A DNA stretch of 64,000 nt, from contig OX597825.1 in NCBI GenBank assembly GCA_951406725.2, positions 36,952,001 through 37,016,000 on the forward strand, given 5' to 3'. Made by a program: the position numbers and the translations under genes. The number at the start of each line of letters is the position of its first letter. Position 1 is the first letter of the stretch. The notes under the pieces are model-generated. The model saw nothing but the letters and a program-made list of their open reading frames with translations, was not told the origin of the DNA and searched no databases. Below, one piece after another: positions 48,700 through 62,199 of the stretch. The stretch is from Octopus vulgaris. Taxonomy: Eukaryota.

Positions 48700-50690
48700 A
48701 GCAAAGATTTTACCAAGGCAGTCAAAACCGATAGTCAGTGAAAAACTGTCGGAATGGATGAAATCGATGTGAAAGTATATAATATGTATACATGAAATTT
48801 TACGTCATCCAAGAGATGGCGAAATGATATTAATTCCTTTAACTATAAAAACTAAGAACTATAAAAGCTACAGACCTGTTTACCAACAATGTGTAAATAC
48901 TTGATATCTATATTCTCCATCTGGCTGCTCATCTAGAAGATAATAAATATATTATCAGAACAGCAGGAATAGTGTCAGAGGGCGATGTATAGATGTAAAG
49001 AGCAAATATTGGGAAATCGAGCAGTTACTGAAGACAGCAAATAAAGAAACATAAATCTTAGCATGTCATGGATTGATTATCGAAAAGCCTAAGATATACC
49101 ACATTTCATACCATACTTCAGTATGTTATTGAAAATCCTTCGACATCATTTCACATTTATGGATATTGGAAAAACTGCACATAAACAAAGCGGCTTGATA
49201 TACTAAGGGAATAAATATATCAACCATGCCATGTCAAAATGGAAATTATCTAAACGGAAAGCAAACAAACTTAATCATAGAGAGAAAATGATAAAATACA
49301 GCCATATTCCCATAACAGGAATGTTTCATGTGAACTCCTTACTCCTTACCGCAAATTCTCTACTATTTAGCCCTTGGCTTTACTAAAACCTAAATCCCTT
49401 ATATATATATCTTGAGGTTGTTACAAATGACATGAACAAGCTATAAACCTTACACTTATATGAATGATTTAATCCACATGGGCAAACCTATTGAAATATG
49501 TACATAGATTATAAATGTGACATAAAAATGAGTGTTGGATCAGGGCCAAAAGTGCTTGAGGTGTTCTGACAAGCAAATAAATTTGAAGTCAGATTTAGAC
49601 GCTAGAATCATGATATAAGCAATCTTCCAAGTACTTAGGAGTAACGGAAAGTGATAAGATAAAGTACAAAATCTAAACGAGAAAATTAGAGGAAAATAGC
49701 AGAGAAGAGTTCGAATTATGCAAGTAAAAGTTGTAAAGTATAACCTCAATATAAGAAGGCCAACAGCAAATTGAGGAGTATATTATGTAGGGAAAATGCA
49801 CGATAGAAGTGTCAGACAAGTATTTAAAAATCGTACATAATACTAGTGATAAAAGTATAGGTATAAATACAGGAGCCTATATATGGAGCCCGCCATACGA
49901 AAGCTGATATTAACCGGTTGCACTTGAAGACAGACCAGAGTGAAATGAGTTTAATTGCTCTGGAACAGTGTGTATAGATGGAAGAAAAAATCCAACTAGA
50001 ATATTTACTAAATTAAACCACAGTTTGAATAAATGAATGAAACACTTTATGGTATTTTGATTTACCAGAAGATTCAAGTCACTCGGATATCTTCAGGAAA
50101 AACGGGATGGTTATAAATGGGAACATATTTGATAATATGTAGCTCAGCTCTCTAGCTAACCCAACCCTAATTGGGTCAGCTGGAGGGGTAAACTACATTA
50201 GGATCTGTTTCAGTAGAAGAGGCCTAAATGGAAATAACTACTTAGTTTTGGGCAAGAAAGAGCAGATTCATTAAATAATAAGAGAATATAGCAACGCAAA
50301 CCAAAATAAGTTCTCGAACTATAAGGGTACAACAAGGTAATAATTATAATCAAAATATTAATGAGAAAAACAATTTCAGATAAGAACGAAGCAATAGAAA
50401 ACGTTAAAAAAGATGCAAATGATAACCGAACTAGCAGAATAATGGTAACAATTGTAGAGAAAAACTTCTCCAGTGTTAATAACCTGCCAAACTGGACTGA
50501 GAGGAAGTGAAATTATATAAAATCTAACTATTACTAAAAAAAAAAAAATCAGGAGCGGAAGGTCTGATTTTTTAGCAACACAAGATCAATGTCTAACCAC
50601 AAACACTAGAAAAGAAATCAATAAAGCAAGTAGTTGACGTCAATCAAAATAAAAAGCTAATTGTACATATAATTTCCGGCGCCTCAGTCC
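48700..50690 (+). mobile_element. Highly decayed R4-like LINE RT/RLE region
   Basis: Remnants YRP..LPTM.K, SWIDYRKA, DINRLHLK, EG..FLATQDQCLTT. Confidence 0.55.
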
Positions 50691-50776
50691 CTCGCAATGA
50701 TACACACACAAGACACAGACACACATATACATACACACTCATATACACACAAACTCTCACACACAAACTCACACAC

Positions 50777-50820
<44 letters not shown>

Positions 50821-51385
50821 TTATATTTATATGCATATACATACACACACACATACATATATTATCTATGTGTAAGTGTGCACGTGTCTTCTGTTGTGCA
50901 TCCACAGAGATGACAATATAGATATTTATATCCATTAGGTAATATAAGAACACATCGGCAACACAAGTGAGATTAAATGGTGTATGTATACACAAAATCC
51001 GGCAAATAATAGTGAAATGATTATGCTAGACTGGATCATGCATGCTTGGACTTATTAGAACTTTATAGGAAAACACTGGCAAAATCTGCATGATACAACC
51101 AATACCTGCAGCATGTATTGAATGCATCTTCAGGTGCAACTAATACCCAAACACTTTCATCTGGTGTTGTAAGCTCTATGATTTCTCCAAGTTCTTTGGC
51201 TATTGCTAGTATCAGGCTTGATCTTTGTAGAGTGGAACGTTGGTTGTTACCTTTGCAACGGGTCATTCTATGTAGGTCGACATTAGCACGAATTCTTGTG
51301 AATTAATGTAGTTAAAACTCTGCGCACCTCTTGTTCACAGTGACAGAATGTCATGTGCACTGTGGTAACAACAACAACAACGACG

Positions 51386-51419
<34 letters not shown>

Positions 51420-52260
51420 AACCAAATTAATTATGGGATATAGGCTCAATCGAAAAAACAAGATCAGGACAATGAACACACGGGATATTTCCTTAATGCG
51501 ATATGGTGTTGTTAGGCGGACAAAGAACGAACCTGAGGAAATGGTCAGGGAAACTAGAAATGTGATGACAGTTAACAAGGAACTACATCCCCAAATCGAT
51601 AATGTCAGACTGTATGTGACTAGAAACAGGGGAAGAAGAGGCCTCATAGGATGCAAGAGTTGTATCGTCAACTAGAGGAACAGTCTGGAATGGAACATCA
51701 AACAGCAGAGTGAATCCTTGCTTGCCGTTGTTAGAATTAACAATACAATACCCACCGAAAATGTGATGCACCCACAAACAATTAAGAAACAAGATGAAGA
51801 AAGAGTAAACAATTGGAAAATGAAATAACCGCATGGGCAATACCTTAGAGAAATTGAAAGAAAAGACAAGATCAACACTTGGAGATGGCTAAGAAAAAGT
51901 GATCTGAAAGGATCACTGAAGCATTGATGTACAACGCTCAAGAACAAGCCCTGAAAACTAATTACACAAAATTCTTAATAGATAAGAGTAGCGAATCGCC
52001 TCTTTGTAAGATGTGTGGCAGTAGAAACGAAACAATCTCACATATTATGGGTGAGTGTAGCAAGCTGACCCTAAAGCACTACAAAAGGAGGTACGACAAC
52101 GTGGCGAAGTTCGTCTATTGGAGTCTGTGTGGAAATTACAGTCTGAACAGAGCACAGAAATGGTACGAACATGAACCAGAAGGTGTCACGGGAACAAGGA
52201 ATGCAAGATGCCGTGGGATTTTACAATTCAGCGTGACTCCCTAATCGATGCTCGGAGACC
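51420..52260 (+). mobile_element. R4/Dong-clade LINE 3' fragment
   Basis: LHPQIDNVRLYVTRNRGRRGL, AQEQALKTNY, CKMCGSRNETISHIMGEC, YKRRYDNVAK, WYEHEPEGV. Confidence 0.82.
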
Positions 52261-52799
52261 ATGATGTTACTGGAAAGCAAGTTGTATGATGGTAATTGCT
52301 GGACAGTTAAGACCTTCCTATACACAGCTGATGTTACCCTTAAAGATAAAACCTGCAGTACTCGTGTTAAAGAAATTACTAAATAGAAGCAACCCAGGCG
52401 GATAACAAAATCTAAAAAAAAATATGAAGCGCCGCCATACTGCATAATTAACCTCGCGAATAATGAGAATAATGAGTTCACGACTCATTAGTTATTCTTA
52501 TGCAAAAAATAACAAACCTTTACGGTGATTTTTCACATTAAGTTCTCGAGAGAAGGTTAATTATTTTAAAGCATGAACTCAGACTGATGATCGAAAAATT
52601 TCGTTTTGTTTAAAAATATTCGAGCGAGCCAGTACAAATCACATGTTTCCAATCTACAAGCATAAACGCTTGTACAAGAAAAGGGGCAGAAGAATATTAC
52701 TGTTAAGAAAGATCCTTCTAAAAAAAGATCATGAATCATTCTGATCTAAGATCTACAACGATAGGAGAAATTTCAACCAGAATACATCGTGGTTAAATA

Positions 52800-54480
52800 C
52801 AGTTAGGTAAATACTGTACTGACATCCACCGTAAATCATACACAATTGGCTCTGAAACTTTCCCTTTAGCTGTAGGCAAACTACATAATGGGAAAGCATC
52901 TGCAAGAGACCTAATAGTTGGATACTGATGTAAGAGATTAGCCTTCTACAGAAAGCCATTAATATATTTATTTAAAAGAAACATGGAAGGACAAATTGAC
53001 ATGCCAAACTGGTTTGCTTTAGTATGGATGAATCGTGTAGCCAACAAAGGAATCACCGAGTTGGCAGAAAACTATAGTCTCCTTTTTGGCCTAAACATTA
53101 CGTATAAACTTTACATAGGCTGTTTTAACCATCATCTCGAGGATCATTGCGAGTCCAAAAGCTAAGTAACTGATGAGCAAGCAGGTGGAAAAAAGGGAGT
53201 GTGGGGATGTGCTGAACAACATTTGATAAACAAAGCTGTGCTGTCCGAAATGACAATCATGCAATCATTTTGTGACTCCATGGCCTGATTAAATGAAAGC
53301 ATTTGACTCATGGTTACTGAAACCACTCATGGTTGTTGGAGTCTCTGCATTTGGCAAAAGTACCTGCTAACTTAGTCGCTGCGATTGCGAGGTTCACATA
53401 GACCTGGGAAAGAATCCTCATGAAACTTAAAGCAAAACTATTGTCTCCGATGCCATAAATATTTCAAAGCGAATATCTCAAGAAGATAGTCTTCTTTGCT
53501 TCCGTTTATTTTGGCATTGGATCTGTTATAATTTCTTTTACAAAAATTCAGTTGTTACATGCTAGGGTCTGCAACTGCTAGAGATACCAATGTAACACAT
53601 TATTTCTTTTTGGATGACTTGAAAATCTATGATAAAAATGTTTACAATGCACCCCCCCCCCAAAAAAAAAAGAAACTATAAAAACCGCTGGAGTTAATGA
53701 CTACATTTAAAGCTGACGTAGGAATGGAATTTGACCACCTAAATATATGACCCTATTCGATTGTTGAACGTGAGGAATCAGTACCCCAAACTCAGAAGAT
53801 GCGAATCGATTGTCTCTTTCTCCCTCATCTGTTGATCACAAAGAATGCTACAAATACATAGGCATTGATGAAAACAAAAGATATGAAGGTGCTGTGAGTG
53901 AAGACAGAGTAACACGAGAATATTACATCCAGCTAAAAAAATATGGCAGTGGAAACTTTCCTCTTACAAGACAACATACCACAATGCATTCGCAGTACCA
54001 GTACTGATAATAGTATTTGGGATACTTGATTTGTTTGTACAGATAACCCGCTCCATAGACATTAAAACTTGCAAGATACTGGCATCAACTGGAATCTTTC
54101 GCAGAAACAGTGATATTGACAGGCTGTATCTAAGAAGAAATGAAAGAGGTCGAAACTCGAGATCAGTGCAGACATGTAGGCAACATTTGAATGTCGTATA
54201 GTATCTGCAAAAGCAACAGTAGCAAAAATAAATACATAAACCTTGTGCTGAAAAACGAAGAGAACAGCATCCTATGTGTCGGCAGTGAGCTCCTCTTTCC
54301 GACGTTTTCTAACAGAACCATCAAACAGTTGGACTAACATACACGAAAGAATGCCTGGATGTGATGTGAATTGTTCAGTATACCAAAAATAAAAAAAACC
54401 AACAAAAAACAAACAAAAAAAAAGCAAAATGTATGATATAGATGTTTCATGAAGACTTGAAGAAAACTTAACATCGATAT
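52800..54480 (+). mobile_element. Decayed R4-like LINE RT fragment
   Basis: EQAGGKKGVWGCAEQHLINKAVL, FLDDLKIY, YKYIGIDE, SDIDRLYLRR; same family as 62200-63880. Confidence 0.7.
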
Positions 54481-54559
54481 GAAGTTCAGTTTCTTCTGGT
54501 GGTTCCGCTGCAGACAAAAAGTGAAATTAAAAGTGCTATCATGAACGTTATCCAAGAAC

Positions 54560-55748
54560 TACCAGTGACGGAACAGGATATAAGAATGAAAGCTATAGGT
54601 GATGAGTATATTAACAAAATAAAAGAAGCTTTAAAAAATAAACAGAATAAAAATTCAGATGTCAATAGTTTTTAAGTTTGCGACGATATTCTGATGTATG
54701 CTCAAAGAGTGGTGGTTCCAACTACATTACACAAAGGTGTATTGCAACAATTTCACAGCGGACATCCAGGAATGTTGAGGATGAAGGCTCTGATGAGGAG
54801 TTATGTCTCTTGGCCGTCCATGGACGGAGGTATCGAAAATTTGGTGAGAACATGCCGAGGTTGCGCGCTCGCGGCCAAAGCCCCACCGGTAAAATATCAA
54901 TCGTGGTCAGAGACGGAGAACCCATGGTCTATATCATACATTGACTATGCCGGACCGGTAAACGGCACTTACTACCTAATCGAAGTAGATAGCTGTACTA
55001 AGTGGCTGGAGGTTTGCAGGTGTTATAGACCAACCCCTAAGACAACTATAAAATTTTCATACGAATTGTTTGCGCGATACAGTATCCATGATACGTTAAT
55101 TTCAGACAACGGAACGCAGTTCTCTGGGTATGAATTTAAGAACTTCTGTAAAAGCATGCGATAAAGCATATTTTCACTCCACCCTACCACCCGAAGTTAA
55201 ACGGGCATGTAGAAAGATTTGTGGACACCCTTAAGAGAGCGTTAAGAAAAGCGAGGAATGAATTAAGTAACGACGAAGCACTGACAAATTTCTTAAGATT
55301 ATACAGAGTAACCCCCCCCCCCCCACCCAATACAAGTACAAATTCAGGGAAGTCTTCTGCAGAATTGATGTTCGCAAGAAGAATAAAATCCATTTTTGAT
55401 TGCTGTTACCAGAGAAAAAAGTTGTAAAGGAAATACGAAAGAGTCACCGAAATATGTCGAGATAGGTAATAAAGTGCATTTCAAAACCTATAGAAGGCTG
55501 GAAGATGGCCTTGTCACCAGAAAAATTGGAACACTATAATGTATCTAATTAAAGGGTCACACGGTGAACATAAGAGGCATATATATTTTCTAAGGAAGAG
55601 GCATACCCAAGATCAGGGAGAAATTCCCAAGGAAGTATTCTGTGAAATATTCGATGTACCACTACCAAAAGTAATAGTCCTGTAGAACCAGGATGAGAAA
55701 AACAAACCGAATACCTTGAGATAGTGCCAAAACGAAAGAGGTACTAAT

Positions 55749-55794
<46 letters not shown>

Positions 55795-56115
55795 AAAATT
55801 CTTTATTCCTTTGGAACACGGAATCTCAAAAGGAACGATGTTGTGCGAGAGTACGACTACCTGTGGCGAGAATGGACTGGACCACTACATATAAATAGTA
55901 GCGGTCTGAATAAGTGAGGTAGTTCGTGCTAGGTCCACAGTTTGTGTGCTGATCGTTCAAAGCTGGAGTCCAATGTTCACAAGTTCACAGTTCGACTTAG
56001 CCTGTTGGATTGTTGGTTTTTAAAAGATTTTTGTTACGTTACGTGTGGTTACTGCCATTTGTTTCGTTTATATTGCTATTTCATTTTTGCAGCGTATTCG
56101 TTTATCCATAAGGAT

Positions 56116-56121
<6 letters not shown>
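54560..56121 (+). mobile_element. Gypsy/Ty3 LTR retrotransposon 3' part: integrase, PPT and 3' LTR (55839-56121)
   Basis: HHCC zinc finger (FHSGHPG..CRGC), DYAGP, ISDNGTQF, PYHP..NGHVERFV. Purine tract AAAAGGAACGA, then TGTTGT...GTAACA. Confidence 0.85.
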
Positions 56122-56154
<33 letters not shown>

Positions 56155-56174
56155 ACACATATATATATATGCAC

Positions 56175-56830
56175 ATGAGGAGTGTGTTCATTAAAGATTT
56201 CTCCTGACCCACTTCCGGTTACCGCAGGAAACGGAGCTTGTACAGATATAATACTACATATCTGTCGTGGTGGAATCCTGACACCCCTGTGGGATAACAA
56301 GTGAACTGTCCTGAACCTTGTAAAGGCGCGTGCATGCTGAAAGTGCGACCTACACTGTGGTGTCTGCAGTCGCATTTGTGACGGCAGTCATAGAAGTCGT
56401 TGAGAAGAGATATAAGTTTGTTACGTGTTTGTTACTGATTTAGTTTTTGTAGCGTTACTGTACTATTACAGTGTACTATATATCCAAATTCAAGGATATA
56501 AAAATATCTTTACATGTCACATTGTAAATTGCAGCTTTCCACTAGTATTCGTTTGTCTTTTACGGCTGCTGAAGTGGACTAAGATGTTATAATGGAGGCA
56601 GTTGAATGCAGATCAGTGATCAAGTTCTTATACTTGAAAGGTACACCAAAAGAGACTTTCGATGAGATGAAAGAAGTTTATGGTGACGATGCGCCATCAT
56701 AGGACGTAGTCTAGCATTGGTATCGTCAGTTCAAATATAGTCGGACATCAGTGGAAACTGCTCTTATTCCTGGACGGCCACATTCTGCCATTGATGATAA
56801 GATCCATAAAGTGTAAGCCACCATTTTCGG
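56175..56830 (+). mobile_element. Mariner 5' fragment
   Basis: MEAVECRSVIKFLYLKG..EMKEVYGDDAPS..W.RQFK..GRP from 56592; stops present. Confidence 0.75.
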
Positions 56831-57439
56831 CAACTAGATCAAGAAGTGAATAATGGCGGTGCTCCAGCATGGCCACACTCAAGTGACTGAAACAAAATAA
56901 AAGGATAAAAGATTACACACGCGCGCACATACACACACACGTTTATATATTGCTGTCAGTTTATATTTTACGAATTAAAATTTTTAGTAAATTTTGGGAT
57001 TGTTACGTCAAGTCATAATGTAGCTGATAAAAATGGTTTATTGGACTACTATAATTAATGTTATTACTGTATTATCTGGATAATAAAACTATATTTCATT
57101 TGGAAGGTGGACTTAATAGTAAGTTTAAAATCTTAAAAGCAGGAGATTGCTATGAAATGCTTAACGAATAAAAAGACAGGAAAGCCCTTGGCGTTCCAAG
57201 ATACAATCGAAAATGTCGACTATGTTACACTTTTGTGAAATACATCATAATCGAAAAGAACCGACAGTCTTGAAGTAAATATAAAAAGTCCACTTGCTTT
57301 TGAATACACACGTAAATAACAACACAGAAGGATAACGGTTGAACATTCTCATTAAGACTTGTAACAAACGTAAATTGAACAAATGTAAACTAACTTTAGA
57401 TTTATATTTGATGATTTTTTTGTGATTGTTTTTGGGGTT

Positions 57440-58137
57440 AATGAAAGTACTGTGAATTATCATTGTTAGTAAGATTTATTCGGTTACATGGTAATGATTA
57501 CGTGTTAAGGTTACGGGTTTATAAATTATAGGAATATTAGTGAGAATGATTATATTATTTTTTAAAAGTTTTGAATTAAAATGGGAATTGCGTTTACGAT
57601 TTATATTAATTTTTTGGTTTATGAGATTGAAATATTCGAAGATTGATTTTAGAGGGGTGAGAGAATTTATTATTTTTTAGATAAAATATCTAGGGTTTTA
57701 ATTTTATTAAGATTTTGGACGAGTGGTTTAATAATATTGTCAAGTTATGAGTCGGTGGAAAGAATGAATAATAAAGTGAGATTTTTTTTCTTGTGTATTA
57801 TGTTTTGTGGTGATTATTTTTTTGGCGGAGAATTTAATAATATTCTATTTATTTTTAAAAATCTCATTGATTCCTGCTTTGCTATTAATTTTAAGTTGGG
57901 GTTATGAACATGAGCGATTACAGGCTGGTATATATATGATGTTATATATATATATATATATGTTAGTTGTGTTTATTATTATTAGGTTATCGCGAGGGAT
58001 CTTATAGGATGGCTATTATTAATTTATTATTTATGGGAAATGTTAGTGTATATTGGGAGTTTTGTTTATTTTTGGCTTTTTAAGTAAAATTACCTATTTA
58101 TAATTTCATTTGTGGTTACCTAAAGCTCATGTAGAGG
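57440..58137 (+). pseudogene. ND4: Nuclear mitochondrial insertion (NUMT): end of ND4L and 5' part of ND4
   Basis: SLIP.LLLIL.WGY..ERLQAG.YMMLY (57864-57945) and KLP...FHLWLPKAHVE (58086-58137) are ND4 signatures. FIRLHGNDYV (~57475-57505) resembles the ND4L C-terminus. Strong T/G skew; frameshifts. Confidence 0.88.
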
Positions 58138-58221
58138 AGTTATGTTTGTTCGGGACGGATGAGAAGTGTATGTACCGTCATAGAGGTCATCTGCTTGACT
58201 GATGTAAATATATCTTCGAAA

Positions 58222-58286
<65 letters not shown>

Positions 58287-58333
58287 TAAAATAGATAGAG
58301 ATAAACTAGATAGATAGAGATAGATAGATATAT

Positions 58334-58365
<32 letters not shown>

Positions 58366-61300
58366 GGAAGATAACTACGAAAATTACTCCAGCTTCTATA
58401 TCCAGATTATGAATGGGTTTTTAGAAAAAGAAATGAAGCAAATAATACTCACAGTACTAATACATTCTGTAAGCGGAACAGAAAAAAATATGTAAATTCC
58501 TTTTCAAGTTCAAAATGTGGCGTTTTTTATCTTCATTTTAAAGACAAAACTTTGTGTCTTTGTAAGAAACCAACTCTTTTCTTTGAGGAAGATTTCAAAT
58601 AATTGTGCATACATACACATTCAGACACATACACACACATATATAAATGTTCTGCGTTCAATTCACACTGAAACCGATTTTACCTTTCATCCATCCGTAA
58701 CCGCTAAAAAGTATAAGTTATAACTTTGCATTTGGCACCCAATAAAAAGCAGAGGTTTGTCGAGAAGCATACTCAATGAATTTCATGTATGAAAGGAGAA
58801 ATTCCTCACAGCACAATGTAATACAAAATTATACCCACATACCCTGAAGAAACAATCATCCGAATGTCACACCGGAAATGTCGGTAAATGATCTTTTAAG
58901 TGAAAAGAGAGACTTCAATAGAAAACGCCAAGAAACACATATAGACTCTCAGAAGTAATACTATTTCACCTAAAACACTGATTCCAGCAACAGCAAATAA
59001 AAAACCCCAGAAAGAATACAATGAAGACAGCACCTATAAAACATGTGCAATTTCCAACCAAACTTAATCTATAAATACATCTACAATCAATTTCATACAA
59101 AAGAACGCATAAACGAAGTATATACAAACAAATACAAATGACAAAGAGACCATAAATTGTCTAGAAAATCAAATGGAATAAAATAAAAGAATTCAAGACA
59201 AAAAAATGTACTAAGATTGAGCAAACATGTCCAAAATAGAACTTACAAATGAGAACAAAGGAAAAATGCAAATAAAGCAATAGAACAAACCTACCACAAC
59301 TGAAAGGATGGAATAGATATAAGTTATACAAATCACATATTCTAAGTTATAGCTAATATAATATGCAAACAGTAAGGAGAAAAGGAGAAAATAATAGACA
59401 AAGAAAGCAGTAGCCAGACATTGAGGGAAATTAAAATAGAGAAACAAATTAACCCAAACAAAACAAAACAATGAAAAACTTATCAATACTAACATAATTA
59501 CAAAATCAGCAGAGCTTAATAATAGAGAAGAAATTAATAAAAACATATATAAGAAGCATAAAATTAAAGAATAATACAGACCTACCGGAAATTAGGGAAC
59601 ATCTAAAATAACTAATTATCGCAAAAGCCACCAGATCAGAGGATCTGAAAAGAGACAGAAACAATTGCAACAAAATAAAATGTTTTGTGAAACCAGAGAG
59701 AAGTTCGACAGAGAACTCAATCAGAAAACGAATATCGTAAATAAAACAGATTTCTGTAAAGAAGGAAATTGAAAAGTTCTGAACAGATATATGAGAATAA
59801 ATGAGAAAAAAAAACCCCGACAACCTTTAATAGAAAGAGGCCTAATGTACCATAAACCAAGAAACAACACAACTTTATAAATAACAAGGGGAAGCAATAA
59901 CAGCTAAAGACAGCAAAGACATTATTAATTGGCAAAGGAAACAGGAAAAGCCCAAGGAGTATCAAAAATTGAATATTCTTCCACATAGTTATGGTCATGT
60001 GATTAAGAAGCACGAATGGAAATCACATGATTACTGGTTCGATCTCACTGAGTGAGACTTGAATAAGTGTCTTTTACTAAAGTACTTGAGGGATCCAAGC
60101 TTTCTGCCTGAAATTTTCAGTGATTTCGTTTTGGAGGAAGAAGTACCCTTGACATTTACAGGCCCTCGGGAACCGGTGAAATTGATGTAGTTAATGAACC
60201 TCTTGTATAACTGCAATGTGACGGCTGCAGAAAAAAACGTAGGAAGCGAAGGGATTCTAGAGAACTGACACTCAAAAGAGAAAAGAGTGGGCTAAGTGGG
60301 TAGTGCGGTATGGTACAGAGGATACTATATGAGTAGCGAGAAGAGGAGAGAGGAGTAAGTTGGAATGACATGAGCAGAAATGGCACAGAGCCTATCAAAA
60401 AAATGATTGATCGGAATCTTTTGGGAAGCGATTTAGAATGTAAATATGTGCAGTAGCAGCATCGTCCTAGATCAGGGATCAATATTCTAGTGTGGGTCTC
60501 ACTTGAATTATGTATAGGGTTAGTATTTGTTGAGAGTGGAAATAGTTTTTGGTTCTGAAGAGTTGCTGATCTTTATGATATAGTTTTGTTAAGTAGAGAA
60601 TATGAGTTCGTTAGGATTGTCAAAAGAAATCATGAGTGCTAGTGAGGTCCAACTTTTGCAGTAAATTTGAAGGTTCGAGTTGAGTTTTGTTTATTGTTCT
60701 TAGGTACTTTTGAATATTTCTTTTACCGAACTGTGTAATGATTGTGTTTTTGTGTTGCTGAAAGACACGAAATTGACATGAACCCCTTGAGGAATGATTT
60801 CAAGATATATGTTCATGAAGCCATTACAGGCATTCGGAAGAAGTCGTTGGTAAGAGGATACTTCAGCATGAAATTACAGCATTTACAGCAGCAACGCAAA
60901 AACTAAATGAATGTGGAAGCTGCAATGTAGTCGATCGATTTTCAGTAAATTACACTGAAATCTTCTGCACGATCGTCTAAGAAAAGAATGAGCTGCATGA
61001 GGGTATGTCAAAATTCTTTGTCTAGAAGTGGCTTCTAGACTTAGATTGGATAGTTCCGAGTAAAGTAAAAATTCGAACATTAAAATTAATAATAAATGAT
61101 CCCAAGAAAATACCTGATTAATTAAAAGATGAACGGTATTGTTATAGAATAGTAATAAGACAGAAAACTTCAAAGAAATCCAGAATCATTAATACATTTA
61201 AACAACATGCAATAATGGAGAAAATAATTTATATCGAGTTAGGGGGAAACGAGAAGCCATAAATAGAGGAGAAAATGTTCAAAAATGTGCACGGCTTGAT

Positions 61301-61964
61301 ACTCAAAGCAATCAGGAAGAGAAAAATAAACTAACGTCGGCACGATACCTCTCATCTGATTAATTTAAAATCTTGGCTCTATAACATAAAAGAGCGAATT
61401 AATTTATTAGGTGCATTATAGGGAATAGAAAACAAATGGAACAAACGGATCCTACGCAAAGGCGAAAAATATCAGAAACTTAGTAATTTACTGTGATATT
61501 CTTCAAAATGATACATTGTCTCCTATACCGAATGGCACTTTCTCCCCTTAGCATCATGCATATTCCTAAATGAAAGTATACGCAGGAAGCCACCTATTCT
61601 ATATGGATGAACAATAATTTTTTTCTAAATGATGCATTCGTATATAATTATATGGAAAGATTACTTAAAACAGTGTAACTATTCAGTAAAGATGGAAAAC
61701 AATGAAATTTGGAACAGAATTTCTGCCAGAACGGCATACAAAAATGCAAAGTGTATAAAGTAGGATGTCTGATTTGCAAGAAAACAACTGTTTTAAAGCT
61801 TTGGTAAGACTAGAAGTAACACAGAAGCTTCGCGATAACATCGTTCCTATTTCCGTGTTCGATGCCATTGCATAATGATTCGAGCAAGTCTCTTCTACTG
61901 TAGCCTCGTGTCAACAAATCTCTAGTAAGTGGTAATCGGTATATGGTAACTGAGCGGAAGTTTG

Positions 61965-62000
<36 letters not shown>

Positions 62001-62199
62001 GTCAGGAGGGGCGGATGGGCAGTGCATATAGACCTTCGTAGGTACTTCAAGATTGGTGGAAGGTATCCTGAAACCGGAGACATAACCTGAATGCTTGCAA
62101 TAGAGTGGACCCTGTTAAAAGAGGCAGAAAAGATTAAATCACTTACCCATGTAGGTCAAAGCGTGATTTGAATTCAGAACATATTCATTTTGTAGAGTA

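Noticed and set aside
58740-61800. A-rich stretches that may be L1/Tx1-like or PLE relics
   Set aside because: Strand skew suggests decayed retroelements, but I could not read diagnostic motifs with confidence.
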